DNA of 64,000 nucleotides from contig JBBIGR010000017.1 of NCBI GenBank assembly GCA_037447435.1, positions 1 through 64,000 on the forward strand. Direction: 5' to 3'. This document shows positions 38,543 to 48,544 of the stretch, in pieces. Numbering within the stretch: the first letter of the stretch is position 1; the number at the start of each line of letters is the position of its first letter. Below the pieces are notes generated by a model. The model was given only the letters and a program-made list of their open reading frames with translations, did not search any database and was not told the origin of the DNA. The position numbers and the translations under genes are program-made. Source of the stretch: Fibrobacteria bacterium (GTDB lineage: Bacteria > Fibrobacterota > Chitinivibrionia > Chitinivibrionales > FEN-1185).

Positions 38543-40777
38543 TTATTTATGCTTTAAACCTATTATTTGCCGAATTGTCTGTTTCTGACCTGTTATGGTG
38601 TTTTCGATATAAATTCGGGCGACATATGTTCCTGCACCCGCGGTAACGCCTTTTGAGGTTTTACCATCCCAATTCCAAAATAATTTTACACCGCTTTTGA
38701 CATCCACAGACATTGTTTTTTGTTCCAATACCGTGTTACCGACCGCATCAAAAATAATTACTTTGCCGGAAATGCTTCCGGTTTCCAACTGTTGCTGGAC
38801 TGCCTTAATGAGGGATACTTCTATCCTCGTACCGGTAATGATGGGGTTTTTCTGATCTTGTTGATTACTGGGAATATTTGTTTCACCGGGAATGAACGGG
38901 TTTGATGCGACATGGTAATCCTTTACGATAGATACATCGCCGCACAATGCCAATGCGAACGATCGAGTTGCATCTTTTATCGAGAACTTATCGTTAATGG
39001 TATTTGCCAAATAAACATAAAAAATCTTATCTCCTTGCCTGACAATATTGATTGGAATAACCGGTGATGGTACGCCATTCGATAAAAGTGTAAACAAGGT
39101 TTTAGGGTCGGTTTGGGTTGGAACATTTTCCGTAAAAGTCACCTTAATGCTATCGTTAGTCGAAGGAGAAAAACAGGCGCTTTTTATGACAGGCCCGGCA
39201 TTATCGACGATATTGGCAACGGTGAACGGTCTGCCGCTTACCGTCATTGCCGTATCCGACAAAACAAAAGCCGAAGAACCGATATTCACATTGGTTTCGT
39301 ATGGGCCGTCACTGTTTTCATTAATAATGATGTGTATTGTTTTATTTTTAATATCGGGAATTATCTGGCTGTTCCTAAGCGATATTTTTGCTCCGTCTGC
39401 GGTGACGAGGGTTAAAGACAGAATCCATTTTGTCATGTCGGGCATGGTCGTTCGTATTTGAGCGGTATCTGTCCACGACAAGTCTATTTTATCTATATGC
39501 CCTTCCTTATTCGTATCGAGAACGGTAGCTATTACCGGTATGGCTGCATCGGGCACGGTCGAACAATTGATTACAATTCCTGAAGGATTGGATGCCGTAC
39601 TGCTTTTTTGTACCGAGAAATTGATCGTTTCGACAGTGTCGCGATAGGTGTTTGTCGTTGGGTTCGTATACCGATAAGTTACCTGCATGGAAAATTGCGT
39701 CGCGGCATTTCCCAAGAAAAAACTGTCCGGAAAAACGAAGTTTCCGTTGGCGAAATTATTTGAGGTAACATTGTTAAGTACCATTTTTAATGGAAGGGCA
39801 TCGACATGGATTTGATTAATAACATTTTGCATTATGGTCGTCATTAACGACTGGTAAGAAGCTTGAAGAGAAAAATAATTGCTCAAGGGATTTGATGAAG
39901 AATACCCGTTGTTTTGAATGTTTTGCGTCATAGTTCTGATGGTTTGTGGCGCAGTATTGTTTGCCGTTAAAAATATGGTAAATGTTGTTGGAACTCCTTT
40001 TGTAGAATCCCGGTAATATTCCTGCGGTATTCCATTTGCCAACGATTCGCCCTGTGTTGCAACACCGTCTGAAAGGAAAACGATAAATTGTTTGTTCTTC
40101 GCATTTACTGCATTTGCAAAAGCTTCCCGGGCAGCAAAAAAAGCGGCGTTAATATTTGTGAACGCAGCGTTGCTGGTATCGGGCCTGTAAACCAAATCGA
40201 TGGTATCCTGTCTGCCCGTAAATGTTTTTGTTTGCAATATGTCTTTTAAAATCGTCAGGCCGGTCCTGCTATCGTAGCTTTGATTCAACGTTAAAAAGGG
40301 AATATACGCTTGCGAAGGATGCCCATAATAATCCCTGGACAATGTTTTAAAATATTTTTTATAGTAAACCGGTTGCGTTGTATTCGTATCAAACACTAGA
40401 TACTGTCTGAAAACGACGAGCCCGACTTCGGCATGCGGCCATTTTACCGCAATGGAATCTAAAAGATCGCGAGTAACGTTAAACCGTGCACCGGACGGAT
40501 CGCTGGCAGGCGTACTATTATTTGTCGCAAAAAACATACTCCCTGAATTGTCGATTATAAACAATATGGACGGAGTGTCGTTTACCGCAATGCTTTTGGA
40601 ATCCTTACATGCAAGAATGCTCGGCGCAATTCCCACTACTTTATCCGGCACTAGTATGGTTTTATTGTTAAACGAATCCGGACATGCGGAAAAACTCATG
40701 ACGCAACGTTCCGAAGCAAAAGTCATTCCCCAGAGCGTGAAAATTAATAGGATTACGCGGCTTGATTGATTAACCAT
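38543..40777 (-). CDS. Secreted vWA-domain protein with C-terminal FlgD-Ig/CTD
   Basis: Signal peptide; MIDAS IIDNSGS...T...FLSDG; C-terminal NPF..IFDAVGN..WDGK..AGTYV; AAGGAG RBS. Confidence 0.8.
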   Translation of the reverse strand: MVNQSSRVILLIFTLWGMTFASERCVMSFSACPDSFNNKTILVPDKVVGIAPSILACKDSKSIAVNDTPSILFIIDNSGSMFFATNNSTPASDPSGARFNVTRDLLDSIAVKWPHAEVGLVVFRQYLVFDTNTTQPVYYKKYFKTLSRDYYGHPSQAYIPFLTLNQSYDSRTGLTILKDILQTKTFTGRQDTIDLVYRPDTSNAAFTNINAAFFAAREAFANAVNAKNKQFIVFLSDGVATQGESLANGIPQEYYRDSTKGVPTTFTIFLTANNTAPQTIRTMTQNIQNNGYSSSNPLSNYFSLQASYQSLMTTIMQNVINQIHVDALPLKMVLNNVTSNNFANGNFVFPDSFFLGNAATQFSMQVTYRYTNPTTNTYRDTVETINFSVQKSSTASNPSGIVINCSTVPDAAIPVIATVLDTNKEGHIDKIDLSWTDTAQIRTTMPDMTKWILSLTLVTADGAKISLRNSQIIPDIKNKTIHIIINENSDGPYETNVNIGSSAFVLSDTAMTVSGRPFTVANIVDNAGPVIKSACFSPSTNDSIKVTFTENVPTQTDPKTLFTLLSNGVPSPVIPINIVRQGDKIFYVYLANTINDKFSIKDATRSFALALCGDVSIVKDYHVASNPFIPGETNIPSNQQDQKNPIITGTRIEVSLIKAVQQQLETGSISGKVIIFDAVGNTVLEQKTMSVDVKSGVKLFWNWDGKTSKGVTAGAGTYVARIYIENTITGQKQTIRQIIGLKHK

Positions 40778-40958
40778 GGGTATCTCCTTTTGCATGAACA
40801 ATCGAAAATGGCAAAACCGTTGTTTTGAGTAAGGACTACGGATATAGATATTATCCACTTAATATAATAAAAAAGCCATAATTAGGATGGTTTATAATGT
40901 TGGAAATAACCATATTTATTAAACGAAATTAATTAAAGGTTTATCCAAGGATTTTATT

Positions 40959-41504
40959 ATGAAAAAATCGGCAATAATTATTCTATCCGACGGGTTTGAA
41001 GAAATTGAGGCAATTACGCCTATCGATTTACTTCGACGCGCTAATATCGAAATCGATATTTTGGGACTTAATGGTTTGGAAATAACCGGGTCCCATGCTA
41101 TTAAAATTCATGCGGAAAAGCTCCTGGAAAATTCAAGTGATTTACCGGATGCTATTATTTTACCCGGTGGACCGGGCCATAAAAATCTTTTTAATTCCAC
41201 GCTTGTTATTTCTATGGTTAAAGAAATGTTTCGGGCAAAAAAGCTCTGTGCGGCGATTTGCGCCGCACCATCCGTTTTCGGCAAAGCGGGAATTCTCGCA
41301 GGGAAAGCTGCTACTTGTTTCCCTGGGTTTGAAAAGACTTTATCGGGTGCCAGTTTCATTGATATGCCCGTTGTCGTTGACGACAATATTATTACCAGTA
41401 GAGGTGCGGGAACGGCAGTACCTTTTTCTCTCGAAATAATAAAGTATCTGATTGATTCGGAAACCGCAGAAAAAATCGCTTCCACAATTATTTATCGTAC
41501 TTAA
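40959..41504 (+). CDS. yajL: DJ-1/YajL/PfpI family protein
   Basis: GFEEIEA, ILPGG, AAICAAP, ITSRGAGTA. Confidence 0.92.
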   Translation: MKKSAIIILSDGFEEIEAITPIDLLRRANIEIDILGLNGLEITGSHAIKIHAEKLLENSSDLPDAIILPGGPGHKNLFNSTLVISMVKEMFRAKKLCAAICAAPSVFGKAGILAGKAATCFPGFEKTLSGASFIDMPVVVDDNIITSRGAGTAVPFSLEIIKYLIDSETAEKIASTIIYRT

Positions 41505-42743
41505 ATGGACGCCCGGGCATATGCATTTTTCGTTGAGGAATTACAAAATCGGGGAAACGCCGATTTTTCCGGATTACCGATTGAATTTGCCAAAGGTATT
41601 CCAAAGTCAGACGATTCTTATTATTTTGCATTGATCGCTTATTTGGATTCGCAAATAGCAAGTCCGTCTTCGCCTATATCTTTTAAAAAATTACACACAT
41701 CGGATTTTTACAATACTTTTATTTTTAAGGCCCTTCTATCGATTGCCGAGGCTTTGAGTTCTAAAAAAACAAATGAACACGATTTCCGTACCAATGGAAT
41801 ACAGTTGATAAAATTCCTTTCGCAAACCGTCGAAGACAAAGAATCATATCTGGTGAAAGACGACTCCCGCGTTACATCAATGTTTTGCTTTTTTATCGAA
41901 GCTTTCATGTATTTAGGCTGGTGTCCCAATTCATTCGAACAAATAGCCAAAAGAGCCGCTCATTCATACTTTATGATTGCAAAGAGATTTATGCACCATA
42001 CCGATACGCATGACGTCGCGTCGGTGCTTGGTTATATGTGCGGAGCTTGGCTTTTAGCCCAAAAAACCGAAGGCATTCGGGACCTATACAATAAACCTTC
42101 GTCAGTAACAATTAACAATTACGAATTCAATTACGGCACCTTGCAAAAAAGCATACTGATACGACGGACCCCGAATTCATTTTACATACTTGATAAAAAG
42201 CAATCGTTACCGGCGCACCCCTATCGTGCAATTATGAACGATAATAAACTCGGATTATTTCTTTCGAAGCCGTTTTCTTGCATCGAACGTACAGAATCAC
42301 AGGATATATCGCGGAATAAAATTACCGGTATAAAAAATCTTTATACCTTTCAACTATGCGGGTTTAAGCAGAATTTTATTTGGACAAATGTCGTTCTTTT
42401 TTATGAAAATACGGTTTATAGAATTGATTCCATTCCGGTACCGGATTCCACAACAATAAGTGAACCATTTTCTTTGTTTGGAAAATTTGAAGGACAAGGC
42501 AAACCGAAACAGTATGGTAAAAATTGTTTTATTTGTTTGGGAGATGAAAATTGGGTCATTAAATTCATTGAATCTCCTGGAATGTGGGATGTTGAATTTA
42601 ATGATAATGACGGTCTAATTCATTTTAAACATTCGGATTTTAATTTTATTCCGGGAAAAACGATTCGGTTTATAACTGCCTGGGCATATGGAAAGGGAAT
42701 AACTGCGATACGCGAAACGAAACTGCTTGGCATTTACGACTAG
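41505..42743 (+). CDS. Hypothetical protein
   Basis: 412-aa ORF abutting the DJ-1 stop (TAAATG); no recognisable motif. Confidence 0.6.
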   Translation: MDARAYAFFVEELQNRGNADFSGLPIEFAKGIPKSDDSYYFALIAYLDSQIASPSSPISFKKLHTSDFYNTFIFKALLSIAEALSSKKTNEHDFRTNGIQLIKFLSQTVEDKESYLVKDDSRVTSMFCFFIEAFMYLGWCPNSFEQIAKRAAHSYFMIAKRFMHHTDTHDVASVLGYMCGAWLLAQKTEGIRDLYNKPSSVTINNYEFNYGTLQKSILIRRTPNSFYILDKKQSLPAHPYRAIMNDNKLGLFLSKPFSCIERTESQDISRNKITGIKNLYTFQLCGFKQNFIWTNVVLFYENTVYRIDSIPVPDSTTISEPFSLFGKFEGQGKPKQYGKNCFICLGDENWVIKFIESPGMWDVEFNDNDGLIHFKHSDFNFIPGKTIRFITAWAYGKGITAIRETKLLGIYD

Positions 42744-42772
42744 TTTGATTCCGACAAAAGCCATCGCGTTGT

Positions 42773-43285
42773 TTACCAATTCTTCTTTACACTTTTGAGC
42801 TTTTGAATCTCGGCCTTGCCCGCATATTTATCGTTCCGTCCCGTTGTCGTATTGGCCTCTTGATTATTAATATTTTGTCCTTCAATTTTAGGTTTCATTT
42901 TAAGTTTTTGATAATTAGAGAAAAAGACCTGGTTTAGGGTAAATGCAACGGCGATTCCAAATATTGCAATAAAACAATAGAGAATCGTATCCTTTTTTGA
43001 TAAGGAAAACGATATGTTGAACGTACGTTTTGGTCTTTTCCGGACTTTCGAATAAGCATCACTATTGCTGTTTTTAGACGAACCGGAACTGTATTTAACA
43101 AAGTCTTTGGGCTTTTTTCGCAGCCATGTCACTTTACATTTCCGGCAGGCATACCTATTGTTCCCCGCTAATAGTCTGATCCAAAATTTGGAGCCCTGGT
43201 CGAATATTCGAACGTTTGTATCGAGACCGCATACGGGGCAATATGATATCCAAAAAGAAAGTTTTACCATTATATCTTCACCCAT
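42773..43285 (-). CDS. Hypothetical Zn-ribbon plus single-TM protein
   Basis: CPVC...CRKC, one TM helix. Confidence 0.5.
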   Translation of the reverse strand: MGEDIMVKLSFWISYCPVCGLDTNVRIFDQGSKFWIRLLAGNNRYACRKCKVTWLRKKPKDFVKYSSGSSKNSNSDAYSKVRKRPKRTFNISFSLSKKDTILYCFIAIFGIAVAFTLNQVFFSNYQKLKMKPKIEGQNINNQEANTTTGRNDKYAGKAEIQKLKSVKKNW

Positions 43286-43514
43286 GCTTTAACATATGAA
43301 CCTATATATTTAATTATATAAACGAATCGGACAATACGCAAGACTATATTGTTAATGCGCATAACGCCAATGCGACATTCCGATATTTCATTTACTACCC
43401 TTTTGGTGGAATGTATTTTGGTTACTTATTTTTTTTAATTCGGATCCTTCGCATTGAAAATGACGTATCGAGATTTAAACAAACGTTTTCTCCATTAAAC
43501 GAAATCGAAAAATC

Positions 43515-44609
43515 ATGAATAAAACAATCCTTTATGATTCACATATCGCATTAAATGCTAAAATGGCTCCTTTCGGCGGATTTGAAATGCCCATTCAATA
43601 TGAAGGGATTTTTGCCGAACATTTCGCGACCCGTGAAAAAGTCACGATTTTTGATACCTGTCATATGGGCGAATTCACCATGGACGGACCAAATGCTTTA
43701 AAGGATCTTGAAAAAGTTCTGTCTTGCCCTGTAAGTTCTATGAAAATCGGCCAATGCAGATATGGTTTTTTCTGTAATGAGAACGGTGGTGTTATCGATG
43801 ATCAAATCACCTATCGGTTTGGAGAGAATGAATTTTTTATTGTTGTTAACGCATCTACTCAAGATAATGATTTTGATTGGGTTGAATCACATATATCATC
43901 CGATACTTTATTAAAAAACATTTCGAAAGAAACTGGAAAAATTGATATTCAAGGACCGCTATCGGTTAAGCTTATGAACAAGCTTCTTAAAAATCCTATT
44001 ACCGGACTAAAATATTATCATTGGATGCATAACATTTATAACGATGTTCCGGTGATCGTGAGCAGAACCGGATATACCGGTGAAATAGGCTTTGAAATTT
44101 ATATCGATTCGAATTGGACAAAAAACTTTTGGGATGATTGCCTTAATTGCGGCGCCCAACCGGCGGGTTTAGGAGCAAGAGATACCTTGCGGCTTGAAAT
44201 GGGTTTTCCTCTTTACGGTCATGAGCTAGATATGTATCGCAATGCCGCGGAATCCGGTTTTTCAAAATCAATCGCTGTATCGAAATCATTCATCGGCTCG
44301 ACTGCCGTTTTGAATAGTGAAAAGCAAAAAGACGTTTTATGCGGAATTCTTTTAGACGGACGGCGTGCTGCCAGAAGTCATGATAAAATTTTAAACAAAT
44401 CCGCATCAGAAATAGGCATCGTAACAAGCGGTAGTTATTCACCATCATGTGAAACCGCAATTGCACTTGGCTATGTGAACAAGCAATTCGGGACGATCGG
44501 AGAGAAAGTTCTGATTGATAATGGTAAATCACAATTACCCGGAACAATAGTCGAATTGCCGTTTTATAAAAAATCAACTGCGAGAAAAAACATTTCCGAA
44601 TTCATATAA
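43515..44609 (+). CDS. gcvT: Glycine cleavage T protein (aminomethyltransferase)
   Basis: FGGFEMPIQY, FDTCHMG, SRTGYTGE, GLGARDTLRLE. Confidence 0.96.
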   Translation: MNKTILYDSHIALNAKMAPFGGFEMPIQYEGIFAEHFATREKVTIFDTCHMGEFTMDGPNALKDLEKVLSCPVSSMKIGQCRYGFFCNENGGVIDDQITYRFGENEFFIVVNASTQDNDFDWVESHISSDTLLKNISKETGKIDIQGPLSVKLMNKLLKNPITGLKYYHWMHNIYNDVPVIVSRTGYTGEIGFEIYIDSNWTKNFWDDCLNCGAQPAGLGARDTLRLEMGFPLYGHELDMYRNAAESGFSKSIAVSKSFIGSTAVLNSEKQKDVLCGILLDGRRAARSHDKILNKSASEIGIVTSGSYSPSCETAIALGYVNKQFGTIGEKVLIDNGKSQLPGTIVELPFYKKSTARKNISEFI

Positions 44610-44620
44610 AGGAGACAATT

Positions 44621-45019
44621 ATGGGAACCTCTAGTTCAAAAACTCCGAATGACCGTAAATTTACAAAAACGCATGAATGGGTAAAAATCGAAGGAAACAT
44701 CGCTATCGTCGGCATTTCCGACCATGCGCAGCATGCGCTTGGCGATATCACGTTTGTTGAGCTTCCCTCTATTGGAAAACAAGTTAAAAAAGCTCAAAGT
44801 TGCGCAACCATAGAATCGGTCAAGGCTGCAAGCGACATTTATGCGCCAATTTCCGGAGAAATCATTGAGTCTAATAACGCTCTTGAAACGCATCCGGAAA
44901 AAATCAATGCAGATCCGTTTGAACAGGCATGGTTGTTTAAAATAAAAAACATCAATCCGTCGGAGTCCGCAGACCTTCTTGATGCCGACGCCTACGATGA
45001 ATTTGCGAAGTCGGAATAG
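44621..45019 (+). CDS. gcvH: Glycine cleavage H protein
   Basis: HEWV, LGDITFVELP, IESVKAASD lipoyl-Lys. Confidence 0.97.
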   Translation: MGTSSSKTPNDRKFTKTHEWVKIEGNIAIVGISDHAQHALGDITFVELPSIGKQVKKAQSCATIESVKAASDIYAPISGEIIESNNALETHPEKINADPFEQAWLFKIKNINPSESADLLDADAYDEFAKSE

Positions 45020-45028
45020 AGAACCATT

Positions 45029-46363
45029 ATGAGCTATATAGCAAACACGGATTCCCAACAAAAAGAAATGCTCGCCAAATGCGGAATATCGTCCATAGAC
45101 GATCTCTTTTCTGACATTCCCAAGGATTTAAAACCCAAATCCTTTGCTTTGCCGCAGGGAAAATCGGAACTAGAGATTCGCTCACTTTTAACCAATTTGG
45201 CGTCGCAAAATTATTCGCATTTAATAAACTTTCTCGGCGGCGGATTTTACGACCATTTCATTCCCGCAGCGGTCGATGCTATTGCCTCGCGGAGTGAATT
45301 TTATACCGCATATACGCCATATCAGCCGGAATTATCGCAGGGCACTTTACAGGCTATTTACGAATACCAATCAGACATTTGCCGGTTGACCGGCATGGAA
45401 GTGTCAAATGCCTCATTATATGACGGCGGAACCGCTTTATTTGAAGCCTGTCAAATGGCAATCAGGACTACCGAGCGCCCCAAAATCATTGTCGACGGCG
45501 GCGTGAACCCCATTTATCGGAAGATGCTTTATTGCTATACCGAAAATTTATCAATAGATTTTGAAGAAATTCCGGTATTGCACGGTAAAAGCGACAGAGA
45601 AAAAATCATTTCTTCTCTAAGCGATAAAACGGCTGCGGTCATCATTCAAAACCCCAATTTCTTCGGCGTGATCGATAATCACACCGATATTATTGCAAAA
45701 TGTCATTCGTTGGGTATTCTGGTGATTCAATCCGTATATCCCATTGCAATGGCATTATTAAAATCACCCGGTGAGATCGGCGTTGATATCGTAACCGGCG
45801 AAGGCCAGTCATTAGGATTACCGCTTTCTTTCGGCGGTCCATATCTCGGTTTTATGGCTACAACAAAGAACCTGGTAAGAAAAATGCCCGGCCGAATTGT
45901 CGGACGCACTGTCGACACGAAAAATCGGCAAGGTTTTGTTCTGACATTACAAGCGAGAGAGCAACATATACGCAGGGAAAAAGCAACCTCGAATATTTGT
46001 TCCAACGAAGCGTTATGCGCTCTCAGAGCCCATGCGTATTTGAGTGTTTTGGGCAGACAGGGATTGCGGGAAGTCGCTTCGCTGTGTCTGAACAAAGCCC
46101 ACTATGCAAAGGAAAGAATAAGCCGTATTCCGAATGTCAAGGTTATGGATTCGAGTCCGACTTTTAATGAATTTACCGTCCAATTGCCGATTGATGCGGC
46201 GGAAGTTGTGGGCAAAATGATAGAACGCGGTTTTGCCCCGGGTTTTCCTCTCGGAAGATATTATCCGGGAATGGATAATTATTTACTCGTTGCCGTAACA
46301 GAAAAACGAACCAAATATGAAATAGGATCGTTTTGCGAAGCACTTGAATCTGCAATAACGTAA
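45029..46363 (+). CDS. gcvPA: Glycine dehydrogenase subunit 1
   Basis: EFYTAYTPYQPE.SQG, NASLYDG, REQHIRREKATSNICSN. Confidence 0.97.
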   Translation: MSYIANTDSQQKEMLAKCGISSIDDLFSDIPKDLKPKSFALPQGKSELEIRSLLTNLASQNYSHLINFLGGGFYDHFIPAAVDAIASRSEFYTAYTPYQPELSQGTLQAIYEYQSDICRLTGMEVSNASLYDGGTALFEACQMAIRTTERPKIIVDGGVNPIYRKMLYCYTENLSIDFEEIPVLHGKSDREKIISSLSDKTAAVIIQNPNFFGVIDNHTDIIAKCHSLGILVIQSVYPIAMALLKSPGEIGVDIVTGEGQSLGLPLSFGGPYLGFMATTKNLVRKMPGRIVGRTVDTKNRQGFVLTLQAREQHIRREKATSNICSNEALCALRAHAYLSVLGRQGLREVASLCLNKAHYAKERISRIPNVKVMDSSPTFNEFTVQLPIDAAEVVGKMIERGFAPGFPLGRYYPGMDNYLLVAVTEKRTKYEIGSFCEALESAIT

Positions 46364-46447
46364 ATATTTGATAGTAAATATTTTATAAAAAGCACTGAAC
46401 CTACTATTTAATTTTCGCGACTATACGAATAACTATATAGGAAAATT

Positions 46448-47899
46448 ATGGAAATCATTTTTAAAAAATCAATTCCAGGAAGACGCGGCGTGACATTGCC
46501 AAAAAACGATGTGCCGCTACAGGCATCGATTCCATCGGAATATTCCCGCGGGAAAGAAGCTGATTTATGTGAATTGTCCGAGTTGGATGTGGTCAGACAT
46601 TTTACAGAGCTTTCACGTCGTAATTTCGGCGTTGACACTAATTTTTATCCGCTTGGTTCCTGCACTATGAAATATAACCCGAAAATTTGCGAGGAAATTG
46701 CCAAGCTCGACGGATTTTCCTCATTGCATCCGCTCCTTCCGCAATTGCGTAGAGGCGGAATGCTTACGCAAGGCGCATTGGCGGTAATATACGAATTGGA
46801 ACAATTGCTTTGTGAAATATCCGGAATGGACGCATTTACCTTGCAGCCTATGGCAGGCGCACACGGTGAATTGACGGGTATGATGCTTATTGCCGCATAT
46901 CACAGGAACAAAGGCAATAATAAAACCGAAGTGCTTATCCCCGACGAAGCCCATGGGACGAATCCGTCAAGTGCTTGCCTTGCGGGTTATACGGTAAAAC
47001 CGGTTCCTACAAATCCGGAAACGGGAACGATCGACGTTGCTACGCTTGAATCCATGATCGGTCCGCAAACTGCGGCAATCATGATGACAAATCCGAATAC
47101 TCTCGGTATTTTTAATGCCCAAATAGGCAAAATCGCCGATTGCGCCCATAAACATGATGCCCTCTTGTATTATGATGGCGCGAATTTAAATGCAATACTT
47201 GGTAAATTCAGACCTGGCGATGCTAATTTCGACGTTATGCATATTAATTTGCACAAAACTTTTGCCACACCGCATGGCGGCGGCGGACCGGGTGCGGGCC
47301 CTGTCGGCGTAAAAAAACATCTGGTTGAATTTCTCCCGATTTCGCGAGTTTCAAAAAGACCGGACAACACCTATTCGCTTGATTATGATTTTCCAAAATC
47401 GATTGGTTATATTGCTCCCTTTTACGGCAATTTCAGTGTTTGTCTTAAGGCCTATGCGTACATTTTAATGTTGGGCGCAAAAGGACTGACTAAAGTGAGC
47501 GAAAATGCGGTATTAAATGCTAATTATGTCATGCATTCTTTAAAAGATCATTTTCATGTTCCTTATTTAAAAACATGTATGCATGAATGCGTTATCACGG
47601 CAAAAAAACAAATGGAAAATCATGTTAATGCTTTGGACATTGCTAAAAAGCTTATTGATATGGGATTTCATCCTCCAACCGTTTATTTTCCGCTTATCGT
47701 TAAAGAGGCAATGATGATCGAGCCTACCGAAACGGAAAGCAAAGAAACCCTTGATTCATTTATAGTTGCAATGAAAACGCTTGCAGATGAGGCAAAGGTC
47801 TCGCCGGATAATTTTCATGAAGCCCCGGCAAATGCACCGGTCAGCAGATTGGATGAATTAAAAGCAGCGCGCGATATGGATTTTGCATTTATATTATAA
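46448..47899 (+). CDS. gcvPB: Glycine dehydrogenase subunit 2
   Basis: PLGSCTMKYNP, HINLHKTFATPHGGGGPG, MIEPTETE. Confidence 0.97.
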   Translation: MEIIFKKSIPGRRGVTLPKNDVPLQASIPSEYSRGKEADLCELSELDVVRHFTELSRRNFGVDTNFYPLGSCTMKYNPKICEEIAKLDGFSSLHPLLPQLRRGGMLTQGALAVIYELEQLLCEISGMDAFTLQPMAGAHGELTGMMLIAAYHRNKGNNKTEVLIPDEAHGTNPSSACLAGYTVKPVPTNPETGTIDVATLESMIGPQTAAIMMTNPNTLGIFNAQIGKIADCAHKHDALLYYDGANLNAILGKFRPGDANFDVMHINLHKTFATPHGGGGPGAGPVGVKKHLVEFLPISRVSKRPDNTYSLDYDFPKSIGYIAPFYGNFSVCLKAYAYILMLGAKGLTKVSENAVLNANYVMHSLKDHFHVPYLKTCMHECVITAKKQMENHVNALDIAKKLIDMGFHPPTVYFPLIVKEAMMIEPTETESKETLDSFIVAMKTLADEAKVSPDNFHEAPANAPVSRLDELKAARDMDFAFIL

Positions 47900-48015
47900 A
47901 TTAATACGAAGGAGGTGAAGGCTTTTTTTGAGGTATTATTGTTGCTTTCACTTCTTAAATGAATTATAATTATTAATGAAAGTTGTTTTTGAATCAGGTA
48001 AAAAAGGAGATTGTT

Positions 48016-48465
48016 ATGCGGTTAAAATTACTATCATTGGTTTTTATCTCATTGGTGGCGACGCTCGCTTTTGGGGAAAAGAATCCGCAGAAATTCGTTA
48101 CTCCCACAAAAGAGGACGTTGGTATTTACAAAAACGAAATTCGCGAACTGTATGAAAAGCCTCAATCGACCGTCGGAACGAACGACCGTCTCCTCATATT
48201 GGAAAACGGGAAACAGGCTTTTAAAGTTCAAAAAGGCGACGGTACCGTCGGTTGGGTTGAAAAACGCCTTGTAGCGACAACAGGCAAAAGCAAAACCTTC
48301 GTGTTCGATGACGCCGAAGTTATCGGGTATCTTGACAATCCGACACCTGTTTACATTATCGATGCCGACAATCCGAATGCCGACCCTATTAAGCTCGACC
48401 GTTCGTTTGCCGACGCTCTTCGTGAAAATGTCGACCGGGAAACAATAGAGCGCCAGACCAAGTAA
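48016..48465 (+). CDS. Exported SH3-like domain protein
   Basis: Signal peptide, FKVQ..DGTVGWV; AAGGAG RBS. Confidence 0.7.
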   Translation: MRLKLLSLVFISLVATLAFGEKNPQKFVTPTKEDVGIYKNEIRELYEKPQSTVGTNDRLLILENGKQAFKVQKGDGTVGWVEKRLVATTGKSKTFVFDDAEVIGYLDNPTPVYIIDADNPNADPIKLDRSFADALRENVDRETIERQTK

Positions 48466-48481
48466 TTGCTTTAAGTAACAG

Positions 48482-48529
48482 ACCCAAAATAAAAAAGGAA
48501 CAGCGAACTGTTCCTTTTTTATTTTGGTC
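48482..48529. terminator. Bidirectional intrinsic terminator
   Basis: CCAAAATAAAAAAGGAACAG-CGAA-CTGTTCCTTTTTTATTTTGG long perfect hairpin between convergent genes. Confidence 0.88.
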
Positions 48530-48544
48530 CCGATCTTTTGTTCT

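Noticed and set aside
43290..43514. Glycine riboswitch upstream of gcvT
   Set aside because: No GGAGA/CCGAAG/CTCAGG aptamer motifs seen
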